From Tubiluchus corallicola (taxonomy: Eukaryota > Animalia > Priapulida), in NCBI GenBank assembly GCA_030141605.1, contig JAQGDQ010000381.1:38692-102691 (forward strand): a DNA stretch of 64,000 nt, read 5' to 3'. Positions 1 through 13,500 of the stretch are shown in pieces. A model generated the notes under the pieces. The model was not told where the DNA came from. It saw only the letters and a list, made by a program, of their open reading frames with translations, and searched no databases. Numbering within the stretch: position 1 is the first letter of the stretch; every line of letters begins with the position of its first letter. A program made the position numbers and the translations under genes.

Positions 1-13
1 TTTTAGGAAGTGA

Positions 14-402
14 ACAATGTAGGTGTTTTAAGTGAAGACTATGCAGGTGTTTTAAGTGAAGACAATGCAGGTGTTTTAAGTGAAGACAATGCAGGTGTTT
101 TAAGTGAAGACAATGCAGGTGTTTTAAGTGAAGACAATGCAAGTGTTATAGGTAAAGACAATGCGGATGTTTTAAGTGAAAACAATGCAGGTGTTTTAAG
201 TGAAGACAATGCAGGTGTTTTAAGTGAAGACAATGCAAGTGTTATAGGTAAAGACAATGCGGATGTTTTAAGTGAAAACAATGCAAGTGTTTTAAGTGAA
301 AACAATGCAGGTGCTTTAAGTGAGAACAATGCAAGTGTTTTAACTAAAGACAATGCAGGTGTTTTAATTATAGGCAATGCAGGTGTTTTGAGTAAAGATA
401 AT
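14..402. repeat. Minisatellite, 24-bp unit, about 16 copies
   Basis: Unit GCAGGTGTTTTAAGTGAAGACAAT. Confidence 0.95.
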
Positions 403-2220
403 GTGCAGTCATCTGTCTCCTTGCAGAATTTACTTTCATCGTGTTTAACTTTTAAATACTTTAGTCTTTCATATCCCATAACTATTATAAATTGCTGCTA
501 TTGTAAATGTATTGTAAATTAGTACTCTTATGTGTGAGGCAAACATGTATGTACGACGGTTGTACATAAATAATCTCTGAAGTTCTTTTGTGTTTTAGTT
601 GCTGTTGAGAATTATTATGTCGTCAATTGACATTCCTAATGTAAGTTATTACCATTATAACCGTGTTGCTATAAATTTATGCGCTAGTGTTATCTTGCTG
701 CAGTTACTGTATATGAGAGTGATTGAATAGAACTGAGTTGGAATGACTTTAATTATTTCTTGGGACAAATTAATACATTTAGTTCAGTCCATCTGTATTG
801 TGCAACATTCCCTCAAAATCATCATTTCCGTTTACCGGCATTGTTGTTGTCAACGTTGACCATTTGCGGTTGTGAAACTTGAAAAATGTGCAATTTAGGG
901 ATTCCGGCTTACCAAGCTCTCGGTCTCCCCCTTTTTAGCCTACAGGCAGCTTGCAATGAGCATACAGGAGTAGTGTGGTTGTCCTTTGACTTCGGTTTTT
1001 TCACGGGGTCAAGGTCAGAAGAGATTTAGGCACAGTGGGATTATCAGGTTCTCCCACAAGAGCTTTTTAGCCTACAAGCAGGTTGCGACAAGCATACAAC
1101 AGTAGTGTGGTTGACCTTTGACATTAGGTCACAGGGTCAAAGCCAATGGACAGTAGTGTGGTTGACCTTTGACTTTTGGTGGATTACTTGGGTTCTAAAT
1201 GATTTTCAAAACTTTTTTTACTATTATGACAAGTCCACAGCATGTGTACGACGAGGCTACTGTAGTGTGGTGACAATGCGACCTTTGACTTTGAGTCGCA
1301 ACAAGGTCAAGGTCAGTGGACAGCAAGAGGTAGTGTAACTTTAAAAAGAAATGGGGTGAACTTGTCTCTTGTTTAGCAGTTACCCAAACCTACTTTAAGA
1401 GGGTAAAATCAAAACAGGAGGAGAAATTTCAAAACGATGCATTGCGGTTCAGTTACTTAGAGGGTTAGGCAGGACTCCTGCATACAAAAATGCCAACCGG
1501 AAATGCTGCAACGCAAACCATAGTAGTATACTACAGTGCTGCCATCTTTGGCCATTTTTTGCTGATTATGAATTGTAAAATCTCTGCTTTCTGATTTTTT
1601 ATTGTATTTTTATTATTTATTTTCTCTCCAGTTCATTACTGTTTCTTGTTTATTCATTTCAAATAAAATTATTGTTATGAACGTAACACAAATGAATTGT
1701 CTACATTGTTGCTAGCCAAATGAATTAGGTAATTATAACATAAACTGTGACTACTGTTGTGATATAAATAATGAATTATGCACGATTCGTTTATTAGTAC
1801 TTAATTTATTATTACTTAACATTAACAAATATCATCATTTTTAATATTATGCATACATTTTTTAATTTTTGTTGAGTTAATACAAGTATTGTTGATGTTT
1901 ACTAACTGGCTTTCGATTGTACTTACGAAATATATCAAATTTTGTTTGCTATGTAATAATGAATAAATTTTAAACTACATAATATCTACATTCTTTAATG
2001 ATGATCATTTTCAAAAGTACTACACGATTCTTAACATATCTTTGTCTCAATGGATAAGAATTCCTATTTATCATTGCCTGATTGACCTTTGCCCTAATGT
2101 CATACATTGAAAATACGTCTATGAAAATTGAATATGCAATTACAATTATTGTATATCATACAGAATAAGAATACAGTTATGATTAATGCAAGAAAATAAA
2201 TGCAATGTTGCTAAACTAAA

Positions 2221-2716
2221 AAGCCTTTTCACAGTTTCGTTGTACGAAGGCGCAGTTGCTGTAGGTCAAAACTTAAGTATTCCACAGCAGCACGTCTGAA
2301 CTACAACAGTAACGTGGCAGTGGGTAAAGCAGAGCCGTCTGCCACATCGGTTCAGTAACTTTAGTTGTTGTACATGGACTTTACTCAATTATGCATTAGT
2401 CTGTGCATAGAGTGATTTACTAGCAGGATCTTGCTTGAGAACAAGAAAAATGAACTAGGTAATGTTCTAGCTAGCTGTTACTATTACATTAGCTTGGGCT
2501 GTGAGGCATTTTAACTACAAATGTCATGTGAGATGTGGGTACGTCAAAGCCATCTGCCACATCTGTTCAGTAACGTTGTTTTTTAACGTGGACTTTACTT
2601 GATTATGCATTATTCTGTGCGTAGAGTTATTTACTAGTAAGATCTTGCTTGGGAACAAGAAAAACGAACTAGGTGAAAAATCATCATCATCAATCGGTGG
2701 AACTGTGAAAAGGCTT
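2221..2716. mobile_element. MITE family A (TIR AAGCCTTTTCACAGTT)
   Basis: Terminal inverted repeat AAGCCTTTTCACAGTT ... AACTGTGAAAAGGCTT. Related copies lie at about 4985-5260, 35683-36295, 52254-52643 and 57271-57650, sharing the core GCAAGATCCTGCTAGTAAATCACTCT. Confidence 0.7.
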
Positions 2717-3573
2717 TATGCTAATTGTGCAGTGCACTTTAATCTCAATTTCAGCAGAAACTTCCAAAACAAAATACAAATATAAAAGTGATAAATAGTA
2801 ATATAATTAATAATTAATTAATAATATTAATTATTAATAGTAATATTAACCTTTGTAAATCTGTAAAACAAACTTATGAGATTTAACAATTGTATCGCTA
2901 AAACTCTCAGCTACCCATGTTTTTTACTGTTTAGTATAAACAAATAACAATATTAGTAATAATAATTATTAGATTTTTCATCATTATCATCATCATCTTT
3001 ATACCGATTACCAATGTCTAATCATATTATTACTTGAAATCAAATAACAGACATAATTATGCATTTAAGACCTCCAATACATGAGAGAATGCAATGCAAC
3101 TGATTTCTAGAGGGTGCTGTATGCTGCACCAGACCTCTCAACTCTCACGGTTTCATGGCAAGTCTCAAGATTTTAAGTCCTTTCTAACGGTACATCTTTG
3201 CTTTCTCTCGGTACACAAAAAGTCAGGTATGTTCTGATTTTCTTGAATGAAATTAAAGTGCTGCCTCATCCAGACTTTATAATCTCATTTTGCATGGAAA
3301 AAAAACAAACTTTATCGAATTTTGACGTTATTCTGCTGTTTTGAATAGTGAAGTTACTACAAACTGTTTTAGCATTTAACTACATCAGTTTAATTTCTTC
3401 TAAGATAAAGCTTCAGTACAGCAGTGATAATAACCTGATGTTTTATATTTGCAATTTAAAATCTTCAAGCTTTTTAGGAAATCTTTAGGTTATTTTTATT
3501 AAGTTTTTTGAAAACTTTCTAGATTTGCCTTCCCGCAGAGTTGAAAGGTCCCGCGTAGCATCATCGTTGCAGG

Positions 3574-3936
3574 TTAAACTGTTTGTGGTGTGTTAAACGA
3601 GAGAACAAGTCACTCAGTATGTTGGGTTTATTTTACTGTTATCACTTAAACTGTTTGTGGCGTGTTAAAGGAAAGAACAAGTCACTCAGTATGTTGGGTT
3701 TATTTTTATCACTTAAACTGTTTGTGGTGTGCTAAAGGAAAGAACAAGTCACTCAGCATGTTGGGTTTATTTTACTGTTATCACTTAAACTGTTTGTGGT
3801 ATGCTAAAGGAAAGAACAAGTCACTCAGCATGGTGAGTTTATTTTACTGTTATCACTTAAAACTGTTTGTGGTGTGCTAAATGAAAGAACAAGTCACTCA
3901 GCATGTTGGGTTTATTCTACTCTTATCACTTAAACT
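3574..3936. repeat. Minisatellite, about 72-bp unit, 5 copies
   Basis: Unit TTAAACTGTTTGTGGTGTGCTAAAGGAAAGAACAAGTCACTCAG...ATCAC. Confidence 0.9.
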
Positions 3937-4550
3937 TAGAAAAATATGACAAAGAAATTTGCAAAGAACTGCCTATAAAACATAAATTTAAAATATACTA
4001 CGTCTGAATAGAAATTTTTAGATGCAGTGGTTGTTGCCATTCACTTGAAAATCATGACGTAACTTGAAGACTTCTCTAACTTTTCGTAAGCGCATCGTGA
4101 CTTTCCGTAAGCGCGCTGCTTAAACTAATTCACACTTCTGCAGCTTACCCAAGGTTCACGCAAAAATATTATTACAAAATTAGCTATCTACTTTTTTGTA
4201 AAAACTTGTTATACTTTTGAAGAAGATTGACAGTGCGCTACTTTTCTTCAAGACGAATGACGTCACTGGAAGAAGAAAGGGCGTTGAAAATGGGAGCACC
4301 CAAGCATGAAGTGATCGCGACTTTAAACTGATTTTACTAATTACACGAGGTGCAGTTTTGCAGTTTTATTACTAAATCCTTCTAACATTTTTTGCAAACA
4401 TAAAAACTAAGCCTGACCTCCTACAAAGCTTGGTCTCTTTAAGCTTTAATTTTACTGTCTGAAACATTTGGTGTTGAAATGACGTCATAATTGACATACA
4501 TTTGTTGACGTTTGTGCTTAACTGCAGCTGTTGTCATGGTTACCAAAAGC

Positions 4551-7500
4551 TTATCCATCAATGAAACAATTTTCAAACCAGGAGGCTGAAAAATAAATTA
4601 ATACAAAATGTTAGCAACTTTAAAAACATAATGTTAATGTGGAAATGAAAGTACAGGTTTGCACGCTGTACCAGCGCATGACAACGTTGGACGTACTTGT
4701 ATGGTGAGTTTTCTGTACCAGATTTTCAAATAAACAAACTTCTGAATCATTAATAAGAAACGCTCTCTCGAATATTGCTAGAAAATGTACTGTAGTAAAA
4801 CATTAATAATTAGTTAAAAAATTGTGTGTAGAAATCACTAGTAAATTGTGCTTATTGCATGATGTTTCAAATGTTTTAATGACGATGAATGTACGTAGTT
4901 GAAGTGGTGAATGATTAGAATCCAATTTTAGATTTGAGTTGAATTCGAATTAAAAAACTGGTTTGAATCGAATTCCAATATTGTGCGTAAAGCAGAGTCA
5001 TCTGCAGCATCAGTTCAGTTCAGTTGGGTTAATCATGGATTATTCTGTGCACAGAGTGATTTACTAACAGGATCTTGCTTGGGAACAAGAAAAAAACCAA
5101 CTAGGCGCAGTTCTAGCTAGGTGTTAAAACTTTTACTATTTCAACAGCATGGGCTGAGAGGCACTGTCAAATGTACACAAATGCATTGTCTGGTACACTT
5201 AACCTTTGACCTTTTCACGATCATCATGAATCGCTGGAACCGAGAAAAGCTTCTTCACAGTAATAATTATGTAAATAATTAGCCCATTATTACGTACCTG
5301 GCACACACATGGAGTTGACCTCAACAGGCGAATCGAGAAACGGTTTACAAGAATCTTCAAATGCCTTGTTTAAATCGCTTTTGACAAAACTAAAACAAAT
5401 TAAAATTACATTTTAAATTAAATCTTTACAGCTAAAAATTACTGAAGCATTAGATTACAGTGTATATTATGATGTATTGTACTTCACCATTACAATTTTC
5501 AATTAGGTTTCTGAACTTGAAAAGGTTACTGGAAATCGAATGAAGTTTTAGAAAATTTAATGGCATGAGAATATGAATTTATGCTAAACAAATAAATGAT
5601 AATCTCAAGCAACTCACAATCAAAAAACAAAATTTTCACAGAGCCTTAATGAATAGACTATGGTTTCTAATATTATGCACTTTTTCAAGAGTTTATGTTT
5701 TAAGCATGAAACACTCCTGCAAGAAATTATTCATAGTATTTGTTGACGTAATTAATCAGTTTTCTTATTTGCTAAAAACCCCAAATTATGCTAACTGGTA
5801 TAATAATACACGTACACATGCTGGACATTATGATATCATTTTTATTTAATGAATTATTTTTATAGTAGTAACATTAACTGAATTATTTGCCGATAGATGA
5901 CACTACAAGACGAATAACAATTTTTGCTTGAGAGAAACGTGATGGCGAAGGCACATGGTTTTGCAGAATGTGGAACGCTGTAAAAAATTGGATTTTGCCC
6001 TATCTCGTTGACACAGGGGCTAAATACCAAGTTTATAAACACCACTACTACCGTACTTTCTGGGCTGGCTTGACATATCATTCAAAGGAAACATTTATTT
6101 CACACAAGAACATGCAGGTACGTAGCTATGTTCTGTAAACAGTTACTCGAATTGTTTAGACAAGCCCTGGTACCGTAAACTGGCCTGGACCTACAAGATA
6201 GTAGCCCAGATACCTCATTTTTGACGGCCAATCACAGCTTTAGTTTATTAATATTCACTGACCGATTTGTCCATCAATGCCATGCAAGTTTGCAAACTTG
6301 GCAGTCAAAAAATATATGGCGTAATTATACCGTACAGTACTGGACTCCCCCTCTCAAAAATCCCCGGTCTGCGCCTGTAAGTCAATTCATTGGGCAGGTA
6401 TTAGTAATCGTGAGAATATCGCAGTTATTTTAATGATATGTGGTCTTAATAAGAAGGGCTTTTATGACTTGAGTAACTTATCTAAACAATATCTATTTGA
6501 CGTATCAAATCATTACAATCTTTGTAGTTAAAGTGCAAGCGCCACAAAAAAGTTTGATTAGAGATTGAGTGTGATGTAACTCAGTATTGGGTTCCAAAAT
6601 TAAAGTCTCAAAAATAATGGGGGGGGGGGGTAGCAAAGGTGAGTTATTTAAAATAGAATAAAGGTAGACATTGTAAAAGATCTAACAAAAATTAGTTCAA
6701 ATAACAACTTAACAAAGAGCATGTAGCAAAAAGTAGCATTTCTTTATTACAGGTCAAGCTCATACCGGCCTTGGGAGACAATTACATGTATTTGCTGGTG
6801 GATGAATCCACAAAGCAAGCAGCCGCTGTTGATCCGGTGGAGCCGGACAAGGTACTGAAAGCTGTGGATGAGGCTGGCATTCAGTTAACCACGATATTAA
6901 CAACCCATCATCACTGGGACCATGCCGGTGGCAACGCAGAGCTGACAAAGCTTGCAGCGCAAAAATTAAAAGTCTACGGAGGTGATACTCGTATTAGCGG
7001 GCTGACGGACAAGGTGAAACATGGCGATAAATTCAAGATCGGCAATCTTGATGTTCAGTGTTTATTTACACCATGCCACACGTCCGGTCACATCTGTTAC
7101 TACATTAAGGGAAAAGAGGGAGAACCAGCTGTGTTTACAGGAGACACTCTGTTTGTCGCTGGTTGTGGTAAATTTTTCGAAGGTTCTCCGCAGGAGATGT
7201 ATAATGCGCTAATTGACATCTTGTCATCCCTACCGAATGATACTAAAGTCTACTGCGGTCACGAATACACCGTTAGCAACTTGAAGTTTGCTCAACATGT
7301 TGAACCGGATAACCAAGACATAAAGAACAAAATGGACTGGGCAAAGAACATGCGAAGCAAGAATGAAGCGACGGTGCCATCTACCATCGGAGAAGAAAAG
7401 AAATACAATCCTTTCATGCGAGTGCACGAAGAAGAGGTGAAAAAACATGTGAAAAATGAAAATCCTGTTCAAGCCATGGGATTCCTGAGAAGAGAGAAAG

Positions 7501-10500
7501 ATGGATTCAGATCCAAAGTCTAGGCAGCTATATTTGAATTATTATGTAATTGAAAACATACAATAGAAAACTGTCGAGTACCTGTCATTGTAATTTCTAC
7601 AGGTCTAGCCATGATACATTGTTTTTTATCTGTAAAGTTGAAAATTGTGGGGAATTTTATATTCAAAATATGTGTGCTTGCCTAGCAAAATCATCCATAA
7701 GTTGGCAATTAAGCTTTTCTAGTTATTTACATATCCTGAATCTCCATTTCATAGGGATCATTTTGATACCAAGTTCATCACTCTATGTTATTTCTACGCT
7801 GAGATAATCCACGTTGAAGTTGAGGTGCCGGTTATGCACTGAGAAACATAACTTTGAGAAAATCACTGTTAAGGTTAGCCATTGTTTTTTGTCGCGTTTC
7901 TACAAAACAGTTAACACCCGTACGAAAGCGTGGTTGCTATGGACTTTACAAGATCATTGAAGTTATGTTTAAATCCAGTAGATGGGTCTTCCTCACGAAG
8001 ATCTGTCTTGGCAGCAGAAAAAAACCCGAAGCAAAATGGCTGCTTCCACGAGCTACCATCACTGCTTGAAAATACAAGTTTTTTACAATTGGAGTGCTAG
8101 TTTTTAGCGGGTAAAGTGAGTACGAGGTTAAAAAATTAAATTTTTACTATTTTTTGAACATTTTCTTGATAATTTGACGCTAGAATATAAAACTCCAATA
8201 CTTTTAGCATTTGTTTTTATAAAAAAAACAAAAAATGCATTTGACCTAATTTTTGCTGGATTCTACTTTGAGGCATCATAACGTAGTTTTAACTATGCCG
8301 ACTTACGGACGGTTTTGGTTTTGCAAACACACGTATTAAGCCTAAACGTGAAACAAATAAGAAACAGAAGTCGACTAATAATGTGATCTTGTTAGCCTAG
8401 GAAAAGCTCTGTACATTCTGTAGTATTTGCAGCAATGAGCATTTTTAGACTTCACAGTAGCGAAGAACTGCTATTTCAGTTTTTCAGAGCCTTGCAAACC
8501 CATAGGTCATAGTTTTTACATGATGACTGCTACTTACGACTACCTTCATATTAATTGATATTTTCACTGCTTCCACTATTTACAGCTTTGTTTTGTGCAC
8601 TTGACCTTTGCATAGAGGTCATTTGACACCATTCACCTGGCACAAATGTAATTCAGTTTGTGCTCTTTGAACATGTAACTCATTTAAGACCGTTTGCGAA
8701 CAAAAGTCATCTAACTCGGTACTGTTAGAAGGCAATCTGCTAGACTATGTTGGGGCATGTTAATACACGACGTTGGGAAATGTAATAAGGTTATTGCACC
8801 AGGACTTCAAGAATTCATCTCACATGTCACATTTTGGCAGTGACAGTGAAAAACTCATGCTGGCAGAATGCTAACACTCTTGGCTAATTTGAAAACATTA
8901 AAGGATAGCCTGTTAGCTGTATCTTAGAGGGGGGATGGATACTTATGATTGGTAAAATCAATAAAGTGATATGTAGCAAAGAAATCAATTTTTGGACTTC
9001 GTTGTATTGCTGTTGTAAATGTGTTGGTAGAGTATTTAGTTGTCAGTCAGTCAGTCTGTCTATCTGTCTGTCTGTCTGCACAAAATCAGAATGGATGAAG
9101 TTGCCACCAAGCTTGGCAGTGAGATGGCCTTACCAATACTTTTTGGTTCAAAATCAGAAGGGTCACTGTGTGTCAAAATGAATTTCTGCTCTTTTTGCCT
9201 GTGACTGCATGAATCTTGCCACTCTGACGCCACAGTCTACCAAGTGACTGCATGAATCTTGCCACTCTGACGCCACAGTCTACTGAGTGACTGCATGAAT
9301 CTTGCCACTCTGACGCCACAGTCTACCGAGTGACTGCATGAATCTTGCCACTCTGACGCTACAGTCTAATGAGTGACTGCATGAATCTTGCCACTCTGAC
9401 GCTACAGTCTAATGAGTGACTGCATGAATCTTGCCACTCTGACGCCACAGTCTACCGAGTGACTGCATGAATCTTGCCACTCTGACGCCACAGTCTACCG
9501 AGTGACTGCATGAATCTTGCCACTCTGACGCTACAGTCTACTGAGTGACTGCATGAATCTTGCCACTCTGACGCCACAGTCTACCGAGTGACTGCATGAA
9601 TCTTGCCACTCTGACTCTACAGTCTAATGAGTGACTGCATGAATCTTGCCACTCTGACGCTACAGTCTAATGAGTGACTGCATGAATCTTGCCACTCTGA
9701 CGCTACAGTCTACCGAGTGACTGCATGAATCTTTTCACTCTGACGCCACAGTCTACCGAGTGACTGCATGAATCTTGCCACTCTGACGCCACAGTCTACC
9801 GAGTGACTGCATGAATCTTGCCACTCTGACGCCACAGTCTACTGAGTGACTGCATGAATCTTGCCACTCTGACGCCACAGTCTACCGAGTGACTGCATGA
9901 ATTTTGCCACTCTGAGTCTACAGTCTACCGAGTGACTGCATGAATCTTGCCACTCTGAGTCTACAGTCTAATGAGTGACTGCATGAATCTTGCCACTCTG
10001 ACGCTACAGTCTACCGAGTGACTGCATGAATCTTGCCACTCTGACGCCACAGTCTACCGAGTGACTGCATGAATCTTGCCACTCTGACTCTACAGTCTAC
10101 CGAGTGACTGCATGAATCTTGCCATTCTGACGCTACAGTCTGCCGAGTGACTGCATGAATCTTGCCACTCTGACGCTACAGTCTACTGAGTGTTCTCTAG
10201 TTTATATAAACTATTATTTAACTAGACAAATTAAAATCAAATCTTAAAAACTTTAAGGAATCAGTGCCATTCTCTTGACATCATTAATATTGACTCCGAA
10301 GCTTTAATACTTATAAACTGTCATTATAGTAAGTACAATATCAGGTCCTGAGCGAACTAGGCCTGTAACGATATATTGTGATACCTTTTGCAACGATACA
10401 TGTATTGTCAAAATGCACCAGTATCTCAATAATTTGAATCATTGATATTTAGCACAAGCTTGACTGTCCACTGATAAAAACAGTTTGAAATAATTCCAAG

Positions 10501-13500
10501 TTACAGCTGTAGAATTTACTCTAGATACTTAACAATCAGTGCAGTGAGCCCTGCATTAGTAGACTTGACCTTGACACAGCCAGACCTGCTGCTAGCGTGT
10601 GAATTCAAACTACAGCTGTAGAATTTACTCTAGATACTTAACAGTGCAGTGAATCCAGCATTAGTAGACTTGACCTTGACACAGCCAGACCTGCTGCTAG
10701 CGTGTGAATTCAAACTACAGCTGTAGAATTTACTCTAGATACTTAACAGTGCTGTGAGCCCAGCATTAGTAGACTTGACCTTGACCCAGGCAGACCTGCT
10801 GGTAGCGTGTGAATTCAAACTACAGCTGTAGAATTTACTGTAGATACTTAACAGTGCAGTGAGCCCAGCATTAGTAGACTTGACCTTGACACAGCCAGAC
10901 CTGCTGCTAGCATGCGAATTCAAACTACAGCTGTAGAATTTACTCTAGATACTTAACAGTGCAATGAACCCAGCATTAGTAGACTTGACCTTGACACAGG
11001 CAAACCTGCTGCTAGCGTGTGAATTCAAACTACAGCTGTAGAATTTACTCTAGATACTTAACAGTGCAGTGAGCCCAGCATTAGTAGACTTGACCTTGAC
11101 ACAGGTAAACCTGCTGCTAGCATGTGAATTCAAACTACAGCTGTAGATTTTACTGTAGATACTTAACAGTCAGTGCAGTGAGTCCAGCATTAGTAGACTT
11201 GACCTTGACACAGGCAAACCTGCTGCTAGCGTGTGAATTCAAACTACAGCTGTAGAATTTACTCTAGATACTTAACAGTGCAGTGAGCCCAGCATTAGTA
11301 GACTTGACCTTGACACAGCCAGACCTGCTGCTAGCGTGTGAATTCAAACTACAGCTGTAGAATTTACTCTAGATACTTCACAGTGCAGTGACCCCAGCAT
11401 TAGTAGACTTGACCTTGACACAGGCAAACCTGCTGGCAGCATGTGAATTCAAACTACAGCTGTAGAATTTACTCTAGATACTTAACAGTGCAGTGAATCC
11501 AGCATTAGTAGACTTGACCTTGACACAGGCAAACCTGCTGCTAGCGTGTGAATTCAAACTACAGCTGTAGAATTTACTCTAGATACTTAACAATTAGTGC
11601 AGTGAGCCCAGCATTAGCAGAATTGACCTTGACATAGGCAAACCTGCTGGTAGCATGTGAATTCAAACTACAGCTGTAGAATTTACTGTAGATACTTAAC
11701 AGTGCAGTGAGCCCAGCATTAGTAGACTTGACCTTGACACAGGCAAACCTGCTGCTAGCGTGTGAATTCAAACTACAGCTGTGGAATTTACTGTAGATAC
11801 TTAACAGTGCAGTGAGCCCAGCATTAGTAGACTTGACCTTGACACAGCCAGACCTGCTGCTAGCGTGTGAATTCAAACTACAGCTGTAGAATTTACTCTA
11901 GATACTTAACAGTGCAGTGAACCCAGCATTAGTAGACTTGACCTTGACACAGGCAAACCTGCTGGTAGCATCCAAAGTGAAGGTTGAAAGTCCAATGTGT
12001 TTACAATAATGTATAGTACGCTAATTACGTTTTTGCTCATAAGTTTCTGAAAAGGCTTGCAGCAAATGTGGACTAGAAAATGCATCAGCATATTTTAAAT
12101 CAAAAGTATTTAAATGTTTGCATTATTGGTGGCTTACAATGCAAACAATACAAGAGTATAAACAGAAATGAACAGTTTGCAGAAATATTTTAGCATTTAG
12201 CAATCTTGTAAAATTGTAATATGTAATAATATCATAACATTTAATATAATGATATATATATATAATATAGTTACTTATATTTCAACAGCTTCATCTACTT
12301 CTCAGGAGCTTCGTCACCAAAAAAAATTGGGGGGCCTCGACTGTATATAATGGCGGAACTTAACTGTTTAAAAAACGTATAATTTTGAATTCCCACACAG
12401 TATTTTGCGTGCAAGAAAAACGATTTATTTACTCCCAACTGGCATTTAACTTAAAGCTATAGCAACGGCAACTTAATTAAAATTAAAAAATAAATTAAAA
12501 TTTAATTAAGTATTTATTAGCTGTCAGGAATCCAAAGATTCGGCGAAAAGTAGGAGAAAAATGACGAAATGTGCTCAAAAATCACGCCCTTTTATGCAGC
12601 AAACTCGTAGGAAAGAGTCGCTAAGGAGTAGCAAAGAGTCGGTAATGTCCAATCAGGAGGTGGCTCATCAATTTGTATCTCCCAAACCGACTCTCTGGTA
12701 CTAGGCTAGCTCAACAAACTGACTCTCTGGTGCTAGGCTAGCTCAACATGACTTCAATGTTTACATTGTTTTTGCTGTATTATTTCACTGATGAACGAAG
12801 CTCGTGTGCTAACTGAGCCGTTTTGTTAACTAACAGTCTTTTGTGCAAAGACGCTAATGCTACTAAACGAGCTGCTTTGTTAACTGTTCCTGCCTGCCTC
12901 CTGAATAGATTACATGCAAACAAATTAACTACATCCTGACTTTCAGGTAAACACATCTGGTCAGGCACGTATTAACAGTCAGAATAATTTAACTCGGCGA
13001 CAAACTTTAATGATAAAAAAATATTATTGGGCTACTATACCAATACTCATACTGTTCGCATTTATGGTGCGCTGGCCCGCTATTGCGTGTCAAAAAGTCG
13101 GAAATATATTTGCTTACCGTTTGCCATTTTGACATTTTCTAAAAAGTTGGGGGGGGGGGCAGGCCCCCGGGCCCCTATAGCACGACGCCACTGCTACTTC
13201 TTTTATTAAAGCCTGCAAACGTCAGCTGCAAATGTGTATCGTGATACGTATGGTATCTTGACTTAAAGGTGTGATTACAACGCTAGAGCAGAACACAGTT
13301 TATGTGTTTCTCTTCCTCTTCCTAATATTTGTGTATTTACTTAAAATGATTTCTACTACAGTAAGGAGATTGCTAGTACAGTTTGAACAAGGATCGATCA
13401 TAGTTAGCTTGGATGCATTCCGGAGCGGTCAGCACCTTGGACCCATGCGTGTGGATGGAGATGGATGGGCAAGTCCAGCAACATTGTGGTCTGAGTTTAT

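Noticed and set aside
10-522. 170-aa AGVLSEDN repeat ORF and the antisense 146-aa ORF
   Set aside because: By-products of a 24-bp minisatellite that is open on both strands; no convincing start or domain. I cannot fully exclude an exon of a gene outside the window.
9201-10192. CRISPR-like appearance of this and the other regular arrays (15.8, 51, 54 and 58 kb)
   Set aside because: Units are head-to-tail with no unique spacers, there are no cas genes, and the context is eukaryotic and intronic.
11906-12091. Candidate NECAB C-terminal exon (KPFQK..WMLPAG)
   Set aside because: Phase mismatch and weak similarity; exons 5298-5389 and 4551-4585 fit much better.
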